Source: Lama glama (Eukaryota). From it: 64,000 nucleotides of DNA. The DNA is taken from contig CM052817.1 in assembly GCA_028534125.1 (NCBI GenBank), positions 65,350,001 through 65,414,000 of the forward strand. Reading direction: 5' to 3'. Positions 52,297-64,000 of the stretch are shown piece after piece. How positions within the stretch are numbered: the first letter of the stretch is position 1; each line of letters starts with the position of its first letter. Below the pieces are notes generated by a model. The model saw only the letters and a list, made by a program, of their open reading frames with translations, searched no databases and was not told the DNA's origin. The position numbers were made by a program, and so were the translations under genes.

Positions 52297-52340
52297 CATT
52301 TCACTACCTAAATAAATACATTTCACTACCTAAATAATTA
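52297..52340 (+). repeat. 22-bp tandem duplication
   Basis: catttcactacctaaataaata / catttcactacctaaataatta. Confidence 0.85.
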
Positions 52341-52389
52341 CATCACTTCTTGAGACGATTTGATGGAATCCTATGACAGTAGGGTGAAA

Positions 52390-52865
52390 ATTTAAATCTT
52401 TCCATGGCCTTCCAGTCCCTGCTTTGCCCTCTGATTGTTTCTCAGCCTCATTTGAACCCCTTGCTCTCTTGTCCTCATTTCAGCCAGACAGCCCTTTTTC
52501 CACTTTGTGGGAGCTACTCTGTTGCTTTCTGCCTCAGGGCCCTTGTAGATGCTACTCCCTCATTTGGAATCTTTCACGCTCTCCTCCTTACCTAATACAC
52601 CTGTGCAGCCAAATGAAAGGCCTATTCAAGTAAAATCAGTTTTATTATTGTTGTCATTCTAGGATCTCACCGAACAGTGTCCCTTTCCTTCAGAGTACTT
52701 AGTTCAAGTTTATAATTATATATCATAAATATGGTAATTTAATTAATGGCTGTCTTCTTTATTTCTCTGTTGGGTAAAGGCCATGACAGTTTAGATTATC
52801 ACAGCAACCCCACACCAGGACTGTGCATATGTTAAGCACTTAATAAATGATCATCGAATGAATGC
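52390..52865 (+). mobile_element. L2 fragment
   Basis: 'ccatggccttccagtccctgc...gcctcagggcccttg...ttaagcacttaataaatgatcatcgaatgaatg'. Confidence 0.65.
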
Positions 52866-53919
52866 TTTCTCCAGTATTTCTGATATTTTGGGTGACTTTC
52901 TTCTTTCTCTCCTCAGAGAATCATCTTCAACAGATCATCATTTATCTAGAATAAATGGCAAATGGGATTTTCTGATTGTAAAGAAACCTCAATCTCTCTT
53001 AAAAAATACAACACACACACACACGCACACACACATTCTACAAGAAGGAAAGTGCATGTGCAGAAGGCAGACGATTTCATAGTTCCTCAAGTTTTAATTA
53101 AATTTGGGATTTTCTCACAGAAGAACTCCTGTTTGCTTGACCATACTTGGTTCTGAGGTATTAACTACCACTATCCCTCTTTATATTCTGTGCCAAGAGG
53201 GAAAAATTCTCTTCCTTCATAAATGCTTAGCCCTGTTGATATTTTCAGCCTAAAAAGCATTTTCTAAGTAATAAGGAAGAACTGAGATAAATACTGAAGT
53301 TCCCGAGGGGATAGACAGGTTACAGGGCCCAGGTTCACTCCAGCATGAGGGTGGCAGATTTTTTCCCCCTCTCATCACATCTTCGATCCATTGGTAGTGG
53401 CTGCCTGGAGACGTGTGTGAAAGGGATTCTGAGGGATGGCCAGCCTCAGTGGGAAAGTGCGCCATAACCAAGTCATTCAACCCATATTTACTAAGTGTGT
53501 GCTCTGTGATTAGCAGGGCTGCTGAGGGGCGTGGGGGGACAGAGTCAGCAGTCTTGCTAGCCCTTCTCTACTCACCGAGGGCTGATACAATTTAGTAAGC
53601 ATCTTGATTTATTCACCCTCAGCTCAAAGCTTATCCCTCTGTTCCATGGCTTTCCATCACCATTTTGACTTCTGACCCTAGAAGCTGGTCTAACAGTGAA
53701 TTTTGCTTTGCTGTTGGACAGGAATCAAAAGCCCTTTCTTCACTAAAACCCTCACATTTTCATGGCTGGAGCCTCCTGTACACCATCATTTCTTTCCCTT
53801 TTTTTTTTTTCCCTACTTTTTCTTTTGAGAGACAGACTTTTCTCCTACCTAATCTGTACAGACAGAATCATGACCCCCTATTGAGGGCCAGAGAATAACC
53901 TGGCCCTTAATTCCTGAGC

Positions 53920-54298
53920 TGTGGTAGAGTCTGCTAGCTATTTGTCCCACATCCGTTTCCCTTTCTTTTTCATTAGAGATGGCCAGTAACTGGCCATTGG
54001 GTGGGGATTTTCACACATTTTCCCCTTTGCCCTGAATTTCAATCCTTCTTGCTAGAAGGTGGATGTGATGGCTGGAATTTCAGGAATCATCTAGTGACTT
54101 TGAGGCTAGAAGTCATGATGGCAAAGCAGAAAGATAGATGGGGCCTGGGTCCCTGCTGAACCTAGTGGGGCTGTCCTTCAAGCTCCGGTCTGCCCACTTT
54201 CAGACATCATTGTATGTGAAAGAATTAAACCCTAATATGTCTAAGCTGTGTAGCCTGATTTCTACTATTTGCAGCTGAATGCAATTCCTAGCAATATA
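53920..54298. mobile_element. MaLR solo LTR (MLT1J-like)
   Basis: 'ggatgtgatggctgga...gatggcaaagcagaaagatagatggggcctgggtccctg...tttgcagctgaatgcaattcct'. Confidence 0.7.
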
Positions 54299-54384
54299 TG
54301 GGTTATTCAGCTCTGATTTCTCCCAGATTCTGTTATTATATGCTTATTCAGGTGAGACCTCACTGTTCACCCAGGAAGGAATCT

Positions 54385-54501
54385 TACATTCTGTAAGTTC
54401 CATGAAGACAGGGAATGTGACTGTTTTGCTCACCAGTGTTTTCTCAGTGCCTAGCACATTGCCTGATACTTAGCTGTTGGCTAAAAAAAAACTTGATGTG
54501 T
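54385..54501 (+). mobile_element. L2 3' end, split by the L1 (continues as gaatgaatgaatga after 58923)
   Basis: 'ctgtaagttccatgaagacaggga...cagtgcctagcacattgcctgatacttag'. Confidence 0.7.
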
Positions 54502-54652
54502 CACAAAAAAAGAAAATTACAGGCCAATATCACTTATGAACATAGATGCAAAAATCCTCAACAAAATACTAGCAAACTGACTCCAACAATATGTTAAAAG
54601 GGTCATAAATCATGATCAGGTGAGATTTATCCCATGGATGTGAGGATTTTTC

Positions 54653-56455
54653 TTTTTTTAAAGTGAAAATGGATGATTTTATTAAATAAAATTATGTTGG
54701 CAGAATAAATACAGAAAAATTACTTCTTTTTTATCTTTCCATATTTATTAAGTACCAAGCAAACTATGACAGTTGAAAGAACTCATTACAAACTACCAAA
54801 AGGTATTCATTTGGTGAAATTATTCAAGTTACAAAATGCTAAGTAAAGAAATGCACTTCAAAATCCATGAAGCATAACACAAGTATATGAAAGTAGTGGT
54901 CTTAATGTCTTCTTTAAGAAAAAATAACCAACAAACAAGAAGCACAAGAGAAATACTGTCAAGTTAGAAAAGAATAAATCAATCGTATTGTTCATTGGGA
55001 TAATTAAAGTAAAGTCACTTTAAAAATAACTAAACAAGAAATTAGGATTTAAAAAAATAAGAATATTCCAATACTATATATTTTTTTCTACCAATAAAAG
55101 AAGGAAGGATTTGCAGGCCAAGAAATTGCTATGGATCCAGGTGCCTATCAGATCATTTGCACTGAGGTCTTGGTATGGACATAAAAATGAACTTTATTGT
55201 TACTCAAAGGTCAGAGCACCTATGTATAACTGAAAAATTGTGCTCTACACTGGAATCTGACACAACGTTGTAAAATGATTATAAATCAATAAAAAATGTT
55301 AAAAAAAAAGGTAAGAACATCTATGCATTATGAAGGAAAAGAAAATAATTTTACCTGTGATAGTGCAAAATAATTACACATTAAAATGATCAAATGCATC
55401 TTTAGCATACTTCCAAATAATTCTTCTACACTTTAGTAAATCAGGGCAACGATTTTGCCCTAATGGAAAGGCAAAAGGGAGATCTCTGACCAGGTGGCAT
55501 CTTCATAGCTAAAAAAGAGATACCTACCAGAAAATTTGCATTCATAGCTATAATTTCCATTGTAAAAATACTAATTATTAGGTTTGCAATTAAACTATTT
55601 AAAAAATATAAAGTGATAAATGAATAATATGTCATATGAATAATATGCCAAACTATCACATGCTCTACACATAAATGCTATGAATAAATACACTCAATCC
55701 ATGCTACAGGAGAAAGAATTGAGAGATTTATTTTCACATTTCAAAATTCCTGAGTCTTATCAGAGAAAAACAAGTACCAAGAAAACAGAGAAAATAAACC
55801 TACTCTATATTAGAGCAGACAATACAAATTTGGGCATTAAGTTAACATTATATTTATAGTTTTAAAGCTAAAGACTATGGGGACAAACATATATGTACTT
55901 CCATGGAATTATAAACATGATTTTAAAGCTTGTTTTTTTAAAAAGTGTTTTGATCAAATAAAGCCACTTCAGTGGTGGCAAGCCCACCACTTTAAAGGAA
56001 TAGCACCTTTATTTCAAAGCCTAATTGTGAATATAAAAAGGAAAAGAAGTTTATTTTAATAAATAAATTAAACGCTTTAATTGGACTGGAATATGATAGC
56101 CCTTTGAGCCATTGCCGGTTAAATAATTTCCCTTTTGCTTTGCATATTACACCGTGAAAGTTAAAAAAGGTATTTTAAGAGCACTTCTGTCTCATAATGT
56201 AAGATTTAAGCTTGTGTGTATAGGTGTAAATGGCCCTGCAACAACAAAATCCTTGCAAAAATACATTCAAACAAAAGTTCTTGTCTATTTTCTAGCTAGT
56301 AAGGAAAAGGGAAGCAAAGCAGTCCCACCTAAAACAATAAACACATACACACACACACTGTTTATCCTTTCTGGAAAGACTACCAAAGCAAAGAACACTC
56401 AATAATATTGTATGTTTAAAATTTCATACTTTTACTCATCTTTATAAGAAGGAAA
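54653..56455 (-). pseudogene. 5'-truncated retrocopy (3'UTR-only processed pseudogene, or orphan 3' transduction) of an unidentified transcript
   Basis: Non-L1 AT-rich insert; minus-strand AATAAA at 54678-54683, ~18 nt before the poly(A) remnant at 54653-54659; TSD gatgtgaggatttttc (54637-54652) / gatgcatggatttttc (56456-56471); the L1 resumes exactly at 'aatatctgcaaatcaatc'. Confidence 0.8.
55225..55306 (+). mobile_element. ~80-bp L1 3'-terminal tail inside the retrocopy
   Basis: 'actgaaaaattgtgctctacactggaatctgacacaacgttgtaaaatgattataaatcaataaaaaatgttaaaaa' matches 37420-37500 and the reverse complement of 11935-12010; flanking direct repeats 55206-55224 / 55307-55325. Confidence 0.85.
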
Positions 56456-59319
56456 GATGCATGGATTTTTCAATATCTGCAAATCAATCAATATGATACA
56501 CCACATTGACAAATTGAAGAATAACCACCATATGATCACCTCAATAGATGCAGAAGAAGCTTTTGATAAAAATTCAACATCCATTTATGAGAAAAAGCTG
56601 TCCAGAGAGTGGGCATAGAGAGAACAGACCTCAACATAATAAAGGCCATGTATGACATACCACAGCTAACATCACACTCAGTGGTGGAAAGCTGAAAGCA
56701 TTCCCTCCAAGATCAGGAACAAGACAAGGATGACCACTCTTGCCACTTTCATTCAACATGGTTTTTGAAGTCTTAGCCATAGCAATCAGAGAAGAAAAGG
56801 AAATAAAAAGAATCCAAATTGGAAAAGAAGAAGTAAAAATGTCACTGTTTGTAGATGACGTGATACTATATGTAGAAAATCTTAAAGAAACTACCAGAAA
56901 ACTACTATAGCTTGTCAATGAATTTGGTAAAGTTGCAGGATACAAAGTTAATATACAGAAATCTGTTGCATTTCTATACACTAACAATGAAATATCAGAA
57001 AGAGAAATTAAGGAAACAATGCCATTTAGATTTCATCAAAAAGAATAAAAAGGTATACCTAGGGATAAACCTACCTAAGGAGGCAAAAGACCTATACTCC
57101 CAAAACTACAAGACACTGATAAAAGAAACTGAAGATGACACAAATAGCTGGAAAGATATTTTGTGTTCTTGAATTCAAAGAATAAATATTGTTAAAATGG
57201 CCCTACTACTCAAGGCAATATACAGATTCAATGCAGTCCCTATCAAATTAATAATGGCATTTTTCACAGAACCGGAACAAAAAGTGTTAAAATTTGTTTG
57301 GAAACACAAAAGATCCCAAATAGCTAAAACAATCTTGAGAAAGAACAGAACTGAAGGAATTATACTCCCTGACTTCAGACTATACTACAAAGTTATAAAA
57401 AGTTAATAAAAACAGCATGGTACTGGTACAAAAACAGACACATTCCTCAGTGGAACAAGATAGAAAGCCCCAAAATAAACCCACACAATTATGGTCAATT
57501 AATCTATGACAAAGAAGGTAAGACTATTCATTAGAGAAAAGATAATCTCTTCAATAAGCGGTGCTGGGAAAACTGGACAGCTACATGTAAAAGAATGAAA
57601 TTAGAGCAATCTCTACAAAAATAAACTCAAAATGGATTAAAGACCCAAATGTAAGACCAGATACTCTAAAACTTCTAGAAGAAAACGTAGGCAGAACACT
57701 CTGATATAAATTGCAGCAATAATTTTTTTTGATCTGTCTCCTAGAGTAATGGAAATAAAGTCAAAAATAAGCAAATAGGACCTGATTAAACTTAAAAGCT
57801 TTTGCACAGCAAAGGAAACCATAAACAAAATGAAAAGACAATTTACAGAATGGGAGAAAATATTTGCAAACCATGAGACCGACAAGGGATTAGTATCTCA
57901 AATATTCAAACAGCTCATACAACTTAATATCAAAAAGTAAACAACCCAATTTAAAAAAATGGGTAGAAGACCTAAATAGACATTTCTCCAAAGAAGACAT
58001 ACAGATGGCCAACAGGATGAAATGATGCTCAAGATTGCTAATTATTAGAGAAGTGCAAATCAAAACTACAATGAAGTATCACCTCACATCAGTCAGAATG
58101 GCCATATCATTCAAAAATCTACAAATAATAAACTCTGGAGAGGGTGTGGAGAAAAAGGGACTCTCAGACTCTTGGTGGGAATGTAAATTGGTGCAGCCAC
58201 TATGGAAAACAGTATTGAGGTTCCTTAAAAGACTAAAAATAGACTTACCATATGATCCAGCAATCTCATCCTGGGTGCATATCTAGAGGAAACTCTAATT
58301 CAAAAAGATACATGCACCCCAATGTTCATAGCAACACTATTTACAATAGCCAAGACATGGAAGCAACCTAAATATCCATCAACAGATGAATGGGTAAAGA
58401 TGTGATATTTATACACAATGAAATATTACTCAGCCATAAAAAGAATGAGATAATGCCATTTGTAGCAACATGGATGGCACTACAGATTATCATATTAAAT
58501 GAAGTAAGTGAGACAGAGAAAGACAAATATCAAATAGTATCACTTATATGTGGAATATAAAAAAATTGATACAGATGAATTTATTTTCAAACCAGAAATA
58601 GATTCACAGACATAGAAAACAAACTATGATTACCAAAGAGGAAAGAGGTTGTGGGGAGGGATAAATTAGGAGTTGGTATTAACATATACACACTGCAGTC
58701 TATAAAGCAGATAAACACCAAGGACCTACCATATAGCACAAGGAACTATATTCAGTATCTTGTAATAGCCTATATGAAAAAGAATCTGAAAAAGAATATA
58801 TATATATATGTGTATGTATGTGTATATATATGTATATATATATCTGAATCACTTTGCTGCATGCCTGAAACTAACACAACTTTGTAAATCAACTATACTT
58901 CAATTAAAAATAACCTGATGTGTGAATGAATGAATGATAACACAAATTTCCTTCAAATACAAGTCATGAAATGCTAAAAAGACTTGGCAATCATACAATT
59001 TTCAGAGGGCCAATCTCTCAGTGATTAATTGAATATTATTCTTACCTGAGGGCCAATAAAAATATATGTGGTTATAGTTTTATGGAATAAGAAAAAATAA
59101 TGTTTGACACTAAAACACAATGTAGTCTGACATGACATTGATAATTTGTAAGAAAACTGATGTTGCTATTTATAAACTTGAGTTATAATAATACTGTTTC
59201 TTTAATGTGTTTTAGTTGACGAATATTTCACCCTCTCAGGGGCTTAGAGAATAGAAAGTATATTTAAAGTTTTCAACAATATACATTTGCACTTTATAAC
59301 TTTAATATTTGTTCAGTGC

Positions 59320-59460
59320 TTTCTATATATTCAGCTGAGTTATCACTGTTTTATACGCACTAGCTAATTTAATCTAACCAATAGATGAGAACTATGCTAT
59401 TCCTGTTTTATAGTCAAAGAAACTGAGTTACAGAAAGCTTAAGTAACTTGCTAGTCTTAA
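59320..59460 (-). mobile_element. MIR
   Basis: 'ctattcctgttttatagtcaaagaaactgagttacagaaagcttaagtaacttgc'. Confidence 0.6.
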
Positions 59461-60691
59461 AGCTAAACAAGCTATATGATATTTTATTTGACATTTTTTG
59501 GTGATTTGTACCTTTACGAATTTGTTTATCCATTCACCAAACAAAAATTATTGTTTGTTGATTGCTTGCTTAATTGAATACTCAGTGTTAGGCACTGGGC
59601 TAATCTCTGAGGAAACAAATATTCAGTTCCCCACATTAAGGTGCACAGCAGTTCAATGCAGCATGATAAGTGTTTTGTAGAGAGATGCACCTGGCTCTTC
59701 ATCCTGGTAAGGTGGGACAGAGGAAAGGGGAGAATCCAGAGGCTTCCAGGAGAAAATGGCACCTTACAAGACAATCAAAGTTGGCCAGATAAAGAATGGG
59801 AAGAATGGTGTTCGTATCAAGAGAGGAACTTGTACAGAAGGACAATGGTGAGGAAGCATGGCTCATTCAGAAAATGGGAAGTCCTCGATGTGGCAGGGGC
59901 ACAGCCTGGAATGGGCAGAACAAAGAGATATGACTCTCGACTGTGATCAACAGCAGCCAGGTTGTCAAGGGCCTCTGCTTTCGCCCTAGCAAGCGTCTGT
60001 AAGTAGCAAGAACACCAGAAGAGAGCACTCTTCTGTAGTTACCTTTAGACTTCAATAGAACAGTTCTGACCGCAGTGTGCAGGACAGCACAGTTCAGCGT
60101 GGCACCTGAAGACTGGGGTAAAGGTGAGTGCATTAGATTCCTGCCACATTGTTTGTGTTCAGATTTAATTGGAATGAGATGCTCTGCAAATTTTGAACAC
60201 TTACCATCCTTTAATGCTGAAGAGCTGTGAAGTATCTGCATGTGGTCAAATATTTCAGAGATGGTCAGATCTCTCTTTTCCATCCTAGTGAGAAGGACTG
60301 GAGAAATGCGCAATACAGAGTGGTAGATAATGTCAACGAGTTAATTCTAAACTTATACATATTGATTAGTTGTGTTTTTACTATTTCTGAATTTAGGAAC
60401 ATGTAATGTCTTGAAAATTGATTCCCAATCAATCAGCAAAGTGGTGCCATGGAGAAACCCTGGGACAGGGTCAGGAATGTTCTACTGTTCCATGCTAACA
60501 TGGCCTTTCTGTCCATCATATTCAATTCTGGGAATTGCTGGCTAACTTCTCAAAAGAATGCACCAAATTAGCTTTTTCTCAAACCTGTGATGAAAGTATT
60601 AAAACTTGTGATTGCCCCCAAAACAAGAGATATCTATCAGATCAGTCAGTGGTATCCATCCATGCCTTCCTCTTCATGACCAGAGTGGGAC

Positions 60692-61523
60692 TTGGATTTA
60701 TAATTTTCTATCTGTAGCCCCAAATCCAAAAACTCTGAAAAACTGAAGTGTTTTCATGGCTGGTTTGGCAGCAATACCTGACTAAACCTGAACTCCTGTG
60801 GTCATAAGCCTGACCCAAGCTGACAGAAGGCTGTTTATAATCTGCATTTCACTTGGTGTGAATAGTCACACGCTTTGCTGCAAAAATATTAATGTGTCTG
60901 ACATTGTTTGGAGTGTTACATAATATTCTGAATATGCACTTTATTGCCTTTTTTAATGTTTCCTTTAATTTATTTTTTATTTTTTTATTTTGAGACCTGT
61001 AGATTCAGGTGCAGTTGTAAGAAATAATAGATGCAGTATATTCTTTACTTAGTTTTCCCCAGCTGTAACATTTTGCATAAATATAGTACAACATCACAAC
61101 CAGGAGACTGACACTGATACAATCCACTGACTTTATTTGAATTTCACCAGTTTTACATACTCACTGTCGTTCCTTGAAATTTCGTGACATACAGATTCGT
61201 GTGACCACCAGCAGGGTCAGAGGCAAAACAGTTCACAAGAATCTCTTGTGCTATCCTGTTAGAGCTGCAGCCACCTCCCTCGCTATCCCTCTCCCTAACC
61301 CCTGGCAACCACGTGCATGTTCTCCATCTCTATAATTTCACCATTTCAACAATACTAGAATACTAGAATTATACATCACGCAATCTTTGGTGACTGGTGC
61401 TATTCGCTCTGTGTAATTCTTTTGGAGACCCATACAAGTTGTTGAGTGCTTTGTCATATCTGAAAATTCTGAACTCCAAAACACATTTAGCCCAAAGGTT
61501 TCAGATAAGAGGCTGTGGAGCTG
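60692..61523. mobile_element. MER96B-like DNA transposon split by an L1MC fragment
   Basis: Left 'ccaaatccaaaaactctgaaaaactgaagtg'; right 'aaaattctgaactccaaaacacatttagcccaaaggtttcagataagaggctgtggagctg'. Confidence 0.65.
60952..61447 (-). mobile_element. L1MC1-like 3' end
   Basis: 'tttattttgagacctgtagattcaggtgcagttgtaagaaataat...tagtacaacatcacaaccaggagactgacactgatacaatccac'. Confidence 0.75.
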
Positions 61524-62239
61524 CCCTGAGAGTCTGCTGCTGCAGTTAGAGTCCTACCTGCTCTTTGAGAACCACTGAGGACCTGGGCTGGCAGGACCTG
61601 AAGGGCTGTGTTCTCATCAGTGAGCGGCATCTGAAAATCATCTGAAACAGATGTTTCTGCTGTTCAGTTTGAATGCAGCTCCTGCCACCCATGCCCACGT
61701 GACATTTGCCTCATGTTGCAGCCCAGTTATTCAGTGTTCACAGTCATCGGCCTCACTTGCCTTTGCCTGGGTTTCTCATTCTCATCGCATTTCCCTTCTG
61801 GGCCTAAATTCTAACCCTAATTGGCAATCTGCTTTCTTTAGTCTTGTTTCTGTCAGCCCCTTTCCCTGGAACTGCACCTGGCTTCCTGTATCACTTACTT
61901 TACACTCAACATGCAGCTCTGTGACTCAGGGCTCAGATTTCAGCCCTTGCCGGTCGCAGGCCTGTGTTGTGTTGTCTCTGCCACTCACATTCCGAGAGTT
62001 GGATACAGGTCTTCCTTGGAGAGCTTCCCAGTGTGGATTTTCATCATTAGAGTGAGTTTTGATGTCAATGAAATTAAGCCTTGAGTATAGTTACTATTTA
62101 TATTCCAAAGGAAAATTTGCCCCATTTAGGCTGTTATACAATTCAAAAGATAGTTTGGTAAATACTATAATGGAAATTGTCACTAAATGTAATAAGATAA
62201 TACTCTATTCTTGACAATTGATTTAAGCACATCTTTGAG

Positions 62240-62241
<2 letters not shown>

Positions 62242-62288
<47 letters not shown>
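62242..62288. repeat. (GT)n microsatellite, ~23 units
   Basis: Perfect GT run. Confidence 0.97.
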
Positions 62289-62289
<1 letters not shown>

Positions 62290-64000
62290 CTCTAAAATGG
62301 CTAATGATGTTTAGGGCAGAGGAGACATGGCAAAATGGCCCAAGGAGGGGACTTGATCACATTTGTCCTTGCTTCCCAGTTCTCTTTCCAGCTTGCTACA
62401 ATGGAAAACATCAAAATAGTCACTGTTAAAATGTCATTGTCCCAGCCAACCTTGATTAATTTATGTCTTCCTTTTGGAGAGAGCTAAACTGAAGAAGTCA
62501 TTGTGGAATCATTAAGATTTTTATTCCTAACCCTACAACTATTATAACAACACATATTTAGGTTAAAAGCAAAAACTTCATTTCTAATAATTCATAGAAT
62601 TTGTTCGGGTGAAACAATTATTTGGGAAATTTCCAGATGTTTCAATGTGTCACGTTTCCATCTGCTGCCTGCTTTTGTGCAGAACAGCCTAGCATTGCTC
62701 TATGATACTTTTGGTTAGCACTGACTCGCCAAAATTTTGTTTTGGGAATATCAGTAGGGTCTGTTGATTCCCCGAAGAAAACAATTAGGAACGAAGGAAA
62801 AAGAGGAAGAAAAGGTAATATCTAATCCTGACTTATTTTTCATCTAAAATATTGTCAGTCCTCTTCCCAAACAAAGTAAGTGACATGAATTTGGAAACTA
62901 AAAAGGAAAATAAGGGAAAAGTAAAAACATATAGGGTCATGTGAGCAATCTTTTAAATATTTGTACCAAAGAAGTAGGAAACCAAGTAAGGAAGTTATGT
63001 ATTTTTTAGGGTTCATGGAAGAAAGGAGGAAAAAGAATAGACCAGTTTTCCCTCTTTAAAATGAGTTCTTTAAGTCTTTTTGTCTCAAGTATCCCCCCCC
63101 TTTTTTTTTGACAACTGAAAGTTGTCCCATTCTCCTTTTAGTCTTCTAGGGTAGCACTGCAATGAGTTTCTAGCAACAATTTTTACTTTCAGTTAAAACC
63201 ATTTCTCTTTATGCAAGTGCATTAGCACTGAAGAAACAGCTGTATTGATAGGACTTTGCTTTTGCTTTGTATGTCAAAACTACCTCCTGAAAAATAATTC
63301 TCATCCTACTTTGCAAATCTGCCCACAATGCAAAAAGTCATAAAATATATAAAACAAAAAGTACACAAGGAAGTGCATATATCTGACTGGTTACCCATGA
63401 TGGAACAGAGAAGTCAGCGTACATGAACATGATAAATAAAGGTTGACGGGTTTCTATTTTTTGGCCTAAATTGTAGACGTGTGTTTATTGTGGTTATTAT
63501 TAGTTTATCTCAAATATTTAAATCACCACTTCAGGGAGATCTTAGAACCTTATCATTATTCGATGCTCAGAGCAGTGGCTGGCGCTGAATGGGTGCTGAA
63601 TAAGTATTTACTGACCCAATGAATGCATGAAAAAGATCTCGGTATTTATTTTCGCTCAGTCTTTAAACATATATTGTCTGACAGTCCCAGAACCTTGACC
63701 AAAGCAAGTATTAATTTCTGAGTTTGGAACTAAACGTTTATTTATTTTGAAAAGTGTTTAGGAATGCTTTGCTTGTGGAATTTTAGTTGCACATAATATA
63801 ACATCCACGGCCTACGTTTATAGCTCCAAAAATAGAGTTTTGCTATCTGATTTAATTATCTAATTAGAATTCGGTAAGCTATGTAGAGGCTGCCCTTTGG
63901 GGCTCATTAAACCAGTAGGATTAGAAGCGTTGCAAGTGAAGAAAGTACATTTTCCAGTGGAGCCCGTTGTTGCTGAAAGTGGTTTGGTTACTACAACACT

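Larger units (their letters stand above)
54502..58905 (+). mobile_element. 5'-truncated L1 (ORF2 RT to 3'UTR), degenerate, interrupted at 54653-56455
   Basis: Starts at RT motif KENYRPISLMNIDAKILNKILAN; later GTRQG.PL and VYLGINLPKEAKDLY; 3'UTR to 58905; TSD aaaaaaaacttgatgtgt (54484-54501) / aaaaataacctgatgtgt (58906-58923). Confidence 0.92.

Noticed and set aside
59867..60313. 148-aa minus-strand ORF (also the 22598-23035 and 61651-62055 ORFs)
   Set aside because: No recognisable domain or supporting exon structure; partly overlaps L2-like sequence

Overview
Mammalian, AT-rich, CpG-depleted non-coding DNA, most likely from a camelid, based on a vic-1-type tRNA-derived SINE at ~10.0 kb. The left end carries a CpG-island promoter. 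It has a minus-strand TATA box, a short probably non-coding first exon and a splice donor, so the gene is transcribed leftwards out of the window; I cannot identify it. The remaining ~62 kb looks intergenic. I find no credible intact host CDS, RNA gene or prokaryote-type system. It is dominated by L1s of several ages, L2, MIR, MaLR LTRs and hAT/MER DNA transposons, plus a 500-N assembly gap. The notable structures all come from retrotransposition. (1) A four-layer nest at 54.4-58.9 kb: L2 > L1 > a 1.8 kb polyadenylated retrocopy of an unidentified 3'UTR-like sequence > an L1 tail. (2) A TSD-bounded 3.06 kb 'half-L1' that keeps the 5'UTR and ORF1 but lacks almost all of ORF2. (3) A second, older internally deleted L1 that rejoins ORF2 at nearly the same position. 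(4) A fold-back L1 fragment. Repeat subfamily names come from recalled consensus sequences and need RepeatMasker/Dfam confirmation; boundaries of old repeats are approximate.
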